Positions 1 through 8,832 of a stretch of DNA of 64,000 nucleotides are shown here, piece after piece. Origin of the DNA: Syntrophaceae bacterium. GTDB lineage: Bacteria; Desulfobacterota; Syntrophia; Syntrophales; Smithellaceae. Position numbers and translations under genes: made by a program. The DNA lies in NCBI GenBank assembly GCA_009773315.1, contig WRPE01000005.1:23842-87841 (forward strand), written 5' to 3'. Numbering within the stretch: position 1 is the first letter of the stretch; each line of letters begins with the position of its first letter. Under the pieces are notes generated by a model. It saw only the letters and a list, made by a program, of their open reading frames with translations, was not told where the DNA came from and searched no databases.

Positions 1-708
1 GATCCTTTTGCCGCGAGACGGTGCATGAATAAACCGACCATCGCCGATGTAGATGCCCACATGCGACACTTTCCCGCGACCTTTTATCAAAAAAAAGACC
101 AGATCGCCTTTTTGTAAATCGTTTTGGTCAATCGCATCGCCTGCGTCATACTGTGTCCTTGAATGCCGCGGCAGATCCAGACCATTTAACTGATAAACCG
201 TCATGGTGAGACCGCTGCAATCAAATCCCGTCTCGGCGGACGATCCGCCCCACAGATAAGGTACCCCGATAAAGTCCCGGGCGCTTTTCACCAGCGACTC
301 TCTTAAATAATCCGTACCATATTGCTTTCGCTTTGCCGCCGCGGAATCTTCCGGCAGCACGATATAGAATTCTTCGATCACGCCAGCACTTTGCAGTGAT
401 TGTGCGCGCAGACGCGCCTGATCTTTGGATGAGAAGTTGCCGAAACGAACTTTAAACAAACCATCGGCTGCTTTGAAATAGGTAGCGTCCAGGCCTTGGC
501 TTTTGAGCTTTTCCGTCAGACGCACCGCGTTTTCCGCCTGCGAGAATGCTCCCGCCTGAATCGTGGTTCCCATGATCGCCAGCGGTCTCTTTTGCGGCCG
601 TGGTGACACAGCGCTAACTTTCTCTCCACGGCTCGCGCAGCCCTCCATCAACATTACAAGAATTAGAAACAACACAATATTCAGGCTGATTTTTTTTATT
701 TTTTCCAC
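1..708 (-). CDS. SPOR-domain NlpC/P60 cell-wall peptidase, probable lipoprotein (3' end runs off the window)
   Basis: Manual translation from GTG at 708: hydrophobic N-terminus ending EGC; SPOR-like IQAGAFSQAENA...FKVRFGNF; NlpC/P60 motifs GVPYLWGG, FDCSGL, GDLVFF, HVGIYIGDGRFIHA. Not in the ORF track because there is no stop in the window. Confidence 0.9.
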   Translation of the reverse strand, partial: MEKIKKISLNIVLFLILVMLMEGCASRGEKVSAVSPRPQKRPLAIMGTTIQAGAFSQAENAVRLTEKLKSQGLDATYFKAADGLFKVRFGNFSSKDQARLRAQSLQSAGVIEEFYIVLPEDSAAAKRKQYGTDYLRESLVKSARDFIGVPYLWGGSSAETGFDCSGLTMTVYQLNGLDLPRHSRTQYDAGDAIDQNDLQKGDLVFFLIKGRGKVSHVGIYIGDGRFIHAPSRGKRI

Positions 709-735
709 ACTGTTTTTATCCTGCATAAAGCCATA

Positions 736-2085
736 TCATAATTTCCAGCGGGTTTGCACAAAGGCCGCCGCTTCTTCACTATTATGTATTCTGTTTTCCA
801 GTTGCTCTTCTTCCAGAGTCCGCAAGACTTCCCCGATAAGCTTCCCGGGTGTAAATCCCATCGCCATTAAGTCATGGCCGCTCAAAAGACGCGGCGGATG
901 CAGCGCTTCGTGTTCCAGATTCTGCAGCTGATGGCGGCAAAAATCGTAATGGTCCAGCATCCCGTGACTGGCCAGGCAATCCAGGCGATGTAATTGTAGA
1001 TGCAGATGAAAATCCGGCATCCGCAAAAATCGCTTTAACCGGGCGGGCCGCATTTTCTGCACGTTCATAAAGGCCATGTGGTGATGGATCAGACTCAGCA
1101 CTGTATCCTTTTGAGCGCGTGAGAATCTCAACCGCTGGAGAATGCCTTCGGCTATAGCCTCCCCCAATTTCACATGTCCATAAAAATGGACGCCGTCATC
1201 ATCCTCCTTACGCGACAAGGGCTTGCCGACATCGTGTAAAAGCGCTCCCCAGGCCAGCGCCGGATCAATATCCGGACTGGTTTCATCCGACAATATCTCC
1301 AGCATAATCATCGTATGCTGCCAGACATCGCCTTCGGGATGAAAACGAGGCGGCTGCGACACACCGCGCATCCTGTCCACTTCCGGTAGTATCTGCTGCA
1401 AGATTCCTGTATCGGCCATTAATTCAAAACCAGGGCGGGCACCGCCACGGGTTAGTATTTTGTGAAGCTCTTCGGCAATTCGTTCGGCGCTGATTCCCTT
1501 AATGCTTGCGGCATGGTGTTGAATAGCGTCCCGGGTTTGTGGATCCATGGAAAAATTGAGATTGGCGGCAAAACGGATCGCTCGCAGCATCCTTAAATAG
1601 TCTTCATTGAAACGAACGGCAGGATCACCGATGGTTCGAATGACTTTTCTTTCAATATCCGCCCGTCCGTCAACATAATCGATGATTTGTTTTGTTTCAG
1701 GATCCATCAGCAACCCGTTGATTGTAAAATCACGCCGGAAAACATCTTCCTTTGCCGATGAAAAATGAACGCAAGTAGGCCTCCTGCCGTCTTCATAAGC
1801 ATCGTCCCTGCGAAAAGTCGCTACGTCATAGGAATGACCATCCGCGATCACCACAATCACGCCGAATTTCACGCCTACAGCAACCGTGCGTTTAAATAAC
1901 GCCACGACTTGATCCGGCAGAGCGGATGTGACGATGTCATAGTCGCCCGGCAAAACGCCGCGCAGACTATCCCGCACGCAGCCGCCCACGAAATAAGCAT
2001 CATAACCCGCATGCTTCAAGCGGCTGATGATTGCCTCCGCCTTGCCGCGCTTTTCATCTTTATTTTCCGCCGTCCGAGTTAACAT
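736..2085 (-). CDS. cca: CCA tRNA nucleotidyltransferase with HD domain
   Basis: VGGCVRD, DYD, RRDFTIN and EDYLRMLRAIRF motifs; C-terminal HD region (HPEGDVWQH, LLHDVGK). Confidence 0.9.
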   Translation of the reverse strand: MLTRTAENKDEKRGKAEAIISRLKHAGYDAYFVGGCVRDSLRGVLPGDYDIVTSALPDQVVALFKRTVAVGVKFGVIVVIADGHSYDVATFRRDDAYEDGRRPTCVHFSSAKEDVFRRDFTINGLLMDPETKQIIDYVDGRADIERKVIRTIGDPAVRFNEDYLRMLRAIRFAANLNFSMDPQTRDAIQHHAASIKGISAERIAEELHKILTRGGARPGFELMADTGILQQILPEVDRMRGVSQPPRFHPEGDVWQHTMIMLEILSDETSPDIDPALAWGALLHDVGKPLSRKEDDDGVHFYGHVKLGEAIAEGILQRLRFSRAQKDTVLSLIHHHMAFMNVQKMRPARLKRFLRMPDFHLHLQLHRLDCLASHGMLDHYDFCRHQLQNLEHEALHPPRLLSGHDLMAMGFTPGKLIGEVLRTLEEEQLENRIHNSEEAAAFVQTRWKL

Positions 2086-2100
2086 GGCTCCCTTAACAGG

Positions 2101-3372
2101 TTACCGCTTTCCCAATTTGATCGCACAGAATTCACCGCACATCGTGCAGCCTTCATCCTGGGCGCTCTTACTTTTTTCCAGAAGAGCAACCGTTTTTTCC
2201 GGGTCAATGGATAAATTCACCTGCCCTTGCCAATCAAAATTTTTCCGGCATTGAGACATTTTCCGGTCCCGCTCTCTGGCTCCCTGAATACCTTTGGCAA
2301 TATCCGCAATGTGCGCGGCAATCCGTGCGGCAATGACGCCGTCGCGCACGTCGGCCAATGTCGGCAGGCGCAGATGCTCGGCGGGTGTCACGTAACAAAG
2401 AAAATCGGCCCCGGCTGCTCCGGCAATCGCGCCGCCAATGGCAGAGGTTATATGATCATAGCCAGGCGCAATGTCCGTCGGCAGCGGTCCCAAAACATAA
2501 AACGGAGCGCCCTGGCATATTTTCTTCTGGAGCTTGATATTGGCTTCCACTTCGGTAATCGGCACATGGCCGGGCCCTTCAATCATGACCTGGACCCCCG
2601 CATCGCGAGCGCGGCAGGCCAGCTGCCCCAAAATGATCAGCTCCTGTAACTGCCCCCGGTCGGTTGCGTCGTCAATGGCGCCGGGACGCAAACCGTCACC
2701 CAGAGACAAAACCATGTCATAGCGGTGAGCAATTTCCAGCAGGCGGTCATACTCTTCATAAAGCGGATTTTCCCGATCATTGCAGTGCATCCAGTTGGCT
2801 GTCATGGAACCACCCCGGCTGACAATACCCAAAACTCTTCCTTGATTCTCCACTGTGGCCACACTCAGACGATTGACACCACAGTGCACCGTGATGAAAT
2901 CGACACCATCCCGACCGTTTTCTTCGATTACGGCAAACATATCCTCCGATGTCATTTCCGCAATCGCTTTTTTCTCGCCCAGAATTTTAACCGCCGCCTG
3001 ATAAATCGGCACCGTCCCGATAGCGACGGTGGCTTTTTCCATGACCGCCTTGCGAATTTGAGCCAGATCACCGCCGGTGGAAAGATCCATTACCGCATCG
3101 GCGCCCGCGTCTGTGGCGATTTTTAATTTTTCCAATTCCAAAGCCAAATCATTATTGTCTCTGGATGTGCCGATATTGGCGTTGACTTTCGTACGCAATC
3201 CAAGGCCTATGGCGAGCGGCTTGATTTTCTGATGGTTCACATTACGGCAAATTACGATAGTACCATCGACCATGCCCTGCTTGATAAATTCCGCCTCAAC
3301 ACCTTCCTGTACCGCGCAGATTTTCATCTCTTCCGAAATGATCCCTTTGCGGGCTTTTTCTAACTGTGTCAT
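2101..3372 (-). CDS. thiC: phosphomethylpyrimidine synthase ThiC
   Basis: TKVNANIGTS, SRGGS, GDGLRPG, EGPGH and C-terminal CTMCGEFC. Context with thiD and a TPP riboswitch favours ThiC over its Bza paralogues. Start set at the ATG after GGAGG. Confidence 0.9.
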   Translation of the reverse strand: MTQLEKARKGIISEEMKICAVQEGVEAEFIKQGMVDGTIVICRNVNHQKIKPLAIGLGLRTKVNANIGTSRDNNDLALELEKLKIATDAGADAVMDLSTGGDLAQIRKAVMEKATVAIGTVPIYQAAVKILGEKKAIAEMTSEDMFAVIEENGRDGVDFITVHCGVNRLSVATVENQGRVLGIVSRGGSMTANWMHCNDRENPLYEEYDRLLEIAHRYDMVLSLGDGLRPGAIDDATDRGQLQELIILGQLACRARDAGVQVMIEGPGHVPITEVEANIKLQKKICQGAPFYVLGPLPTDIAPGYDHITSAIGGAIAGAAGADFLCYVTPAEHLRLPTLADVRDGVIAARIAAHIADIAKGIQGARERDRKMSQCRKNFDWQGQVNLSIDPEKTVALLEKSKSAQDEGCTMCGEFCAIKLGKR

Positions 3373-3396
3373 TATTGCCTCCAAACTTTTTTAATA

Positions 3397-4194
3397 TCAT
3401 TTACCCAAAATGTTCACCGGCCCATGACCTTTTCCCAGGAACAGTGAATTTTTAATTGCTTCAGTTACCATCCTTTTCGCCTGCTCGACAGCCGGATACA
3501 TCCTTTTACCTTGCGCAAGATTTGCTGCCAGCACCGAGGCAAATGTGCAGCCGGTGCCATGTGTGTTTTTTGTTTTGATCCAATCTTCTGAAAACTCGTA
3601 ATACTGATTCCCGTCATAGAGGATATCAATGCTGCCGGAGTTCCTTCTGCCGGGCAAATGCCCCCCTTTGATAACAATATTTTCCACACCCAGATCGACA
3701 ATGACGGCAGCAGCTTTCTTCATCCCCGCAGCCGAACGGATTTTCATCTGAGCCAGAGATTCCGCTTCCGGAATATTCGGTGTGAGAACCCGGGTCAGCG
3801 GCAGAAGCCTTTTGACCAGCGCCTGTCGGGCCTGCTCCTGCATCATCGTCCAGCCTCCCTTGGCAATCATCACCGGATCGACAACGACATTTTTTATTCT
3901 GTATTGTTCAATCTTCCTGACCACTGTATTGACCGCACCCGCCGTCAGCATCATGCCGGTTTTTAAAGCATCCGCGCCAATATCGCTCAAGACGGCATCC
4001 AGTTGCGCTGCAATGAATCTTTGCGGCACAGGAAAAATATCCTGAACCCCGCGGGTATTCTGAGCCGTGAGCGCTGTAATCACCGTCAGGCCATAGCAGC
4101 CGCAGGCGTGAACGGCTTTCAGGTCCGCCTGAACGCCTGCTCCGCCACCGGAGTCGGAACCACCAATACATAATATTTTGAACAGCCTATTCAC
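3397..4194 (-). CDS. thiD: hydroxymethylpyrimidine/phosphomethylpyrimidine kinase
   Basis: GSDSGGGAGVQADLK, VVDPVM, TPNIPEAE, NTHGTGCT, GKGHGPVN. Confidence 0.95.
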   Translation of the reverse strand: MNRLFKILCIGGSDSGGGAGVQADLKAVHACGCYGLTVITALTAQNTRGVQDIFPVPQRFIAAQLDAVLSDIGADALKTGMMLTAGAVNTVVRKIEQYRIKNVVVDPVMIAKGGWTMMQEQARQALVKRLLPLTRVLTPNIPEAESLAQMKIRSAAGMKKAAAVIVDLGVENIVIKGGHLPGRRNSGSIDILYDGNQYYEFSEDWIKTKNTHGTGCTFASVLAANLAQGKRMYPAVEQAKRMVTEAIKNSLFLGKGHGPVNILGK

Positions 4195-4866
4195 TCAGTT
4201 CGCCTCCGGAAAAACATCTTTTTGCCAGTACCGGATCACCAGCAGATTTCCCGACTGGATACGGATGACGGCTGGATTACCGGAAATAATATTACTGACA
4301 CCCCGCGATTCAGACATCATCAACGCCTCGTCGCTGAGGGTATAGAGAAATCCCCGAAGGGTAACGCCCTCGACTCTGGGACAAAGCGCGATAAGAGAAA
4401 CCAGACAACCGATGGCGTCTGCAAATAGGACTTCGCCGTCCGGCACAAAAGCTTCGCAGTATTCATCCATCAGGCCGGTTTTAATTCCCGCTTCCTTGCC
4501 TTTAATCAGCAAAAATAGATTGGCCAGCGCGTGATCCATCCTTCCACCTTGCGCGCCCCAGATCTCAATGGTTTCCGGTTGCTGCGATAGCGCATAATCC
4601 AGGGCCAGAGCCGTATCGGTAAAATCCTTCCTGGCCGGAAGCTTAATGATCTTTACTCCCGAACGTTCGTAATGCGCCAGTTGCGACGGCTCAATGGAGT
4701 CCATGTCACCCACCAGCATATCCGGCGTCAACGAGGCTGCTGCCAGGTGGCGCGTGCCGCCGTCACAGCCGATCAACACGCGGTTGCCCGTTTGAGCCAT
4801 TCTTTTCTGGAAAAAATCCGGATTCCCCAGGCGACCGCCACTGACAATGATAATGTTTTGATGCAT
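4195..4866 (-). CDS. thiN: thiamine diphosphokinase
   Basis: CDGG, VGDMDS, KDFTDTALAL, GGRMDHALAN, GVSN motifs. Confidence 0.9.
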   Translation of the reverse strand: MHQNIIIVSGGRLGNPDFFQKRMAQTGNRVLIGCDGGTRHLAAASLTPDMLVGDMDSIEPSQLAHYERSGVKIIKLPARKDFTDTALALDYALSQQPETIEIWGAQGGRMDHALANLFLLIKGKEAGIKTGLMDEYCEAFVPDGEVLFADAIGCLVSLIALCPRVEGVTLRGFLYTLSDEALMMSESRGVSNIISGNPAVIRIQSGNLLVIRYWQKDVFPEAN

Positions 4867-4880
4867 AATGAACCCCAAAC

Positions 4881-4948
4881 CACGGGCATTCTGCCCTCCG
4901 CTTTGCGGGATAAGTGAAACGAATCAATTCCGACCTGTGACCATTAGG
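4881..4948 (+). repeat. ~65-bp imperfect dispersed repeat, copy 1 (copy 2 at 13833-13898)
   Basis: cacgggc...ctttgcgggataagtgaaaNNaatcaattcc...tgt...aggt is shared by both sites. Confidence 0.75.
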
Positions 4949-4989
4949 TTACGCGTTTCACTTTCGGAATTGAGGTTTCACTAACAAAT

Positions 4990-5025
4990 AAGCCATACCC
5001 TTACACCTGAAAAGGATATGGCTTA
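4990..5025 (-). terminator. putative terminator/expression-platform hairpin downstream of the TPP aptamer
   Basis: Inverted repeat taagccata...tatggctta followed on the minus strand by a T-rich tract. Confidence 0.55.
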
Positions 5026-5043
5026 GATTGGTTTAGAATGATC

Positions 5044-5127
5044 GCCACTCCCTACGCCGGCATTACCCGGGTCAGGTTCAAAGGGTATAATCTCAGCCGT
5101 CCGTTCCACGGATTAAACGGCACCCCG
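5044..5127 (-). ncRNA. TPP riboswitch
   Basis: Minus strand reads GGGGTGCC...GGCTGAGATTATACCCTTTGAACCTGACCCGGGTAATGCCGGCGTAGGGAG, the canonical THI-element core, upstream of thiN-thiD-thiC. Confidence 0.95.
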
Positions 5128-5260
5128 CGAACAAAAATTAATACATTAACTTTCAAAAAGCAATCTCAATTTCACAACCGTTCGGATCTCCGGCAATACT
5201 GCATATGCCGTTACCCGGCTGCTGAATAACTTCAAATTTTCCTGCTTCATTGCAGAAGAT

Positions 5261-6601
5261 TTATTTCATCTCGGCCAATTTTCGTTGCAACTGGCGAAGT
5301 GTAATGCCAAGAATCCGGGCGGTCTCGCGGCGGTTGCCGCCGGTGGAATTTAAAACAAACATCATGTGGGCCGTGTCATTTTCTTTGAGTGTGCAAAGAC
5401 TGCGGCTCGATAAGGAAGGCGGAACCTCGGGCGCTCCATTCCCGCCTAAATGCGCAGGCAGGATGACCGGTCCGTAGGCCAGTAAAACGGCATTCTCGAC
5501 CATCTGTGACAATTCACGGATGTTTCCGGGGTAATCTTTATGCGTAAGCAGTTGCATGGCTTCGGGGCTGATGCCATCAATGCTTTTTTTATGACGCAGA
5601 CAAGCCTTCTGCAAAAAGTGGGCGGCCAGAAGCGCGATATCCCCTCTTCTCTCTCTGAGCGGCGGCAGGCAGACATAAGCGGACTTGAGCCGGTACATCA
5701 GATCGATACGAAATTTTCCTTCCTGACAGGCCGCTTCCAGATTGGTATTGGTCGCTGAAATAAGCCGGATGTCCACACGCACGGGACTTTTCGCGCCGAG
5801 TGGCGTGAAGGTCTTGTCTTCCAGAACGCGCAGGAGCTTGGATTGTAATCCAATCGGCAGTTCGCCGATTTCATCCAGAAAAAGTGTACCCCTGTCCGCC
5901 TGTTCAAAAAAACCCGCGTGGGCGCTCTCGGCACCGGTGAATGCCCCTCTGGCGTGCCCGAAAAACTGGCTCTCAAACATCGTCGCAGGTATGGCGGATA
6001 CATTGACGGCCACAAAAGGGCCGGCAGGCCCCGGTCCCGCCCGGTGAATTCCCCGCGCCATCAATTCCTTTCCTGTTCCCGACTCGCCGGTGATCAGAAT
6101 CGGATTGCCGCTGCGCGCCATCACCTGAGCGTAGGATATCAGGGCCTTCACCTGTTTATCCTGCGTAATCGTGTCGGCAAACGCCGTCGGAATGTCAACC
6201 GCCTCACGACTGGCGTTGATGGAAAGACCGGCCAGCAGCCCTTTTCTTTCATAGGCTCTTTCGATGGATAAAAAAAGCAATTCATTGTCCACGGGTTTGA
6301 CCAGATAATCATAAGCACCTTGGCGCATGGCCCGCACGGTGGTCTGAATATCATCAACGGCGGTCAGAATGATAAATTCCGTCCCCGAACAAAAAGGCTT
6401 GGTGGATTCGAGCACCTGCATCCCGTCAATATCAGGCATCAGCAGGTCCAGAAGAACAATGTCAAAGTTTTCCTGTCGAATCCTCTTAATCGCTTCCCTG
6501 CCGTTATCGCAGGCCTCGGCGTTCTTAATGCCGCGCCACTTGAGAATTCTCTTTACCGAAGAAAGAGACACCTCTTCATCATCGACAATCAATATTTTCA
6601 T
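5261..6601 (-). CDS. sigma-54-dependent response regulator (NtrC family)
   Basis: N-terminal REC, GESGTGKE, GAFTGA, LFLDEIG, C-terminal Fis-type HTH. Confidence 0.95.
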   Translation of the reverse strand: MKILIVDDEEVSLSSVKRILKWRGIKNAEACDNGREAIKRIRQENFDIVLLDLLMPDIDGMQVLESTKPFCSGTEFIILTAVDDIQTTVRAMRQGAYDYLVKPVDNELLFLSIERAYERKGLLAGLSINASREAVDIPTAFADTITQDKQVKALISYAQVMARSGNPILITGESGTGKELMARGIHRAGPGPAGPFVAVNVSAIPATMFESQFFGHARGAFTGAESAHAGFFEQADRGTLFLDEIGELPIGLQSKLLRVLEDKTFTPLGAKSPVRVDIRLISATNTNLEAACQEGKFRIDLMYRLKSAYVCLPPLRERRGDIALLAAHFLQKACLRHKKSIDGISPEAMQLLTHKDYPGNIRELSQMVENAVLLAYGPVILPAHLGGNGAPEVPPSLSSRSLCTLKENDTAHMMFVLNSTGGNRRETARILGITLRQLQRKLAEMK

Positions 6602-8820
6602 AGCTGTTGTCTCCCCAAGTCATGGATGATCTTTTGAAGCTGATCGATGTTAAACGGTTTATGCAGCGTGTGGTCAGGCACTATCTTGATCTGAGCAGGC
6701 GGCTTGAGCGCTTTGCGGTCGGTCGCGTACAGAATGACCGGAAGGAGCGGAAATTTCGCGCGGATTTTTTCCAGCAGATACCAGCCGTCAAACCCCTTGA
6801 GGCGTATTTCCGATACGACGATATCCACCTCCGGATTCTCCGCCAGGAAGTTGAGAACGTCCTCTGGTTTGTCCTCGGCTTCCGAACGCCAGATCACGGC
6901 ATCCACGAAATTGGCCTTGAGTTCTTTGAGATATTTAACATTGTGGTCCACGCATAAAATAGCCGGATAAAAGCTGATGTCGGTCTCGCCGTCCACAGGG
7001 AGATAAATGGAAAAACGGCTGCCCTTGCCCGGACGCGATAAAACGCTGATCAGCCCATGGTGTTCCTTGATCAGACCATAGGAAATGGAAAGCCCCAGCC
7101 CCGTCCCTTCACGCTCCCGTCTGGTTGTAAAAAAGGGGTCGAAAATCTGCTCCATAATTTTGCGTTCAATCCCCTTCCCGTTGTCTTCAATATCTACCAC
7201 AACGGCTTTTAAACGTTCGATATGACGGCAGCGGATCCGAATCAAGCCTTTTTGCCCCGCTGGAATCGCCTGATGGGCGTTAATGAGCAGATTGGCAATC
7301 ACCTGCTCGATTTTCTGAAAATGCCCGGAGATGGGAGGAATATTTTCGGAAATTTCCTGATCGATTTTGGATACGGTTCTTCTGACCTGCGCGCCCACAA
7401 TCATCAGGGCGCCCGCGATCACCTCCGGCACGGCGACCAGTTTCTTCTGAGCGGTCTCATCGGAACGTGAAAACTCCTTCAAGCTGGTAATGACCCGGCT
7501 GATCCGGTTGGCTCCGATTTTAAACGCCTGGATAATCTCCTGCATGTTATGGCAGACTTCTTCATAGGACAAGCCGCGTTTTTCCCAATCGGGATGATGG
7601 GCGCTCGAGCGGGAGAGAATGGTCTCCACCGTGTTCCAGATTTCTTCCAGAATCGGAACATTATAGGCAATAAAGCTGACGGGGTTATTGATTTCGTGCG
7701 CAACACCGGCTACCACCTCGCCCAGTGCGGTCAGCTTGTGCGTTTGAATCATCTGCTGGAGCCGCAGCTCTCCTTCCTGACGGATTCTCTTGTCTTCCGT
7801 CACATCCTGCCATGCGCCGACAATGTAACTGGTGGAACCGGCCGGATGCTGAACAATCCGCCAGTAATCGGAAAACCAGCGGTAGGAATCATCCATTACC
7901 CGGAAACGGTAACTATAACGGTGAAACCCCTTGGCGCGTTCGTTTTGCAAATCGGCAAGGATGCGTTCCTGATCGTCCGGATGAATATGCTCTCTCCAGA
8001 AGCTCTCGTCATCGACAAAACACGGCGCGGGATAGCCGGTAATCTCCTCAATCGTGTTACTGACAAAAGTCAGCGCGCAATTCCCATCGGCCTTGCGGGT
8101 ATAGGACACAATCGGCAGGGATTCCAGAAGCAGGGAAAGATGATCGGTGGTCTGTTTGAGGGCTTTTTGCGTGCGGTGACGCTCCATCAGTTCATTGAGC
8201 AGCGCCTCGTTGACCTGGGCCAGTTCCGCCGTTCTGGTCTGAACGCGTTCTTCCAGCTCTTCTTGCGCCTTCAGTAACGCTTCCTTCGCTTTCTTCCGTC
8301 GGGTAATATCTTCCAGCGTTTCGATCGCGCCGATCAGTTCACCAGCCGCGTTGCGAACAATGGCTGCCGTAAATCGCAGCCATTTGCCCTGATTGCCCAA
8401 CTCCGGAAAAAAATCTATGGCTTCATAGGCTTCATCCAGCAGTTTGGACTTGGTATACTTGCCGGCATACCATCTGGAAAGATTGTCCTGTTCACGGCTC
8501 ACCAGAAGATCCGCCATGCAGGGGCGCTTCTTGCTGTAAAATGCCCGCCATTGCTGGGACGTACCGATGACGTCTTCGGCCTTGATTTTGGTGAGTTCCT
8601 CGAGGGCTTTATTCCAGTATAGGATGTGGTGATCTTTGCCGATCACAAACGCGGGAATAGGTGAACCGCCAATGACGCTCTTCAGACGCTGCTCGTTTTC
8701 TTTCAGCTCCTCTTCCGCGCGTTTTCTTTTGATTTCCGATTGCCGGAGCTCTTTGAGTTGACGTCGTAATGTCTGAATTTCCTGGATAGGATAGTCGTCA
8801 CTGTCTGGTCTGCCCGTCAT
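6598..8820 (-). CDS. PAS-PAS hybrid sensor histidine kinase with C-terminal receiver-like domain
   Basis: Two PAS regions, AHEINNP H-box, NLLINA, DNGKGI, FDPFFTT, GTGLGL; C-terminal REC-like domain ending KPF. Confidence 0.9.
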   Translation of the reverse strand: MTGRPDSDDYPIQEIQTLRRQLKELRQSEIKRKRAEEELKENEQRLKSVIGGSPIPAFVIGKDHHILYWNKALEELTKIKAEDVIGTSQQWRAFYSKKRPCMADLLVSREQDNLSRWYAGKYTKSKLLDEAYEAIDFFPELGNQGKWLRFTAAIVRNAAGELIGAIETLEDITRRKKAKEALLKAQEELEERVQTRTAELAQVNEALLNELMERHRTQKALKQTTDHLSLLLESLPIVSYTRKADGNCALTFVSNTIEEITGYPAPCFVDDESFWREHIHPDDQERILADLQNERAKGFHRYSYRFRVMDDSYRWFSDYWRIVQHPAGSTSYIVGAWQDVTEDKRIRQEGELRLQQMIQTHKLTALGEVVAGVAHEINNPVSFIAYNVPILEEIWNTVETILSRSSAHHPDWEKRGLSYEEVCHNMQEIIQAFKIGANRISRVITSLKEFSRSDETAQKKLVAVPEVIAGALMIVGAQVRRTVSKIDQEISENIPPISGHFQKIEQVIANLLINAHQAIPAGQKGLIRIRCRHIERLKAVVVDIEDNGKGIERKIMEQIFDPFFTTRREREGTGLGLSISYGLIKEHHGLISVLSRPGKGSRFSIYLPVDGETDISFYPAILCVDHNVKYLKELKANFVDAVIWRSEAEDKPEDVLNFLAENPEVDIVVSEIRLKGFDGWYLLEKIRAKFPLLPVILYATDRKALKPPAQIKIVPDHTLHKPFNIDQLQKIIHDLGRQQL

Positions 8821-8832
8821 GATTCCGCCCCT

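Noticed and set aside
2101-3372. BzaA/B/F (benzimidazole synthesis) instead of ThiC
   Set aside because: The TPP riboswitch and adjacent thiD/thiN point to thiamine; there is no cobalamin context.
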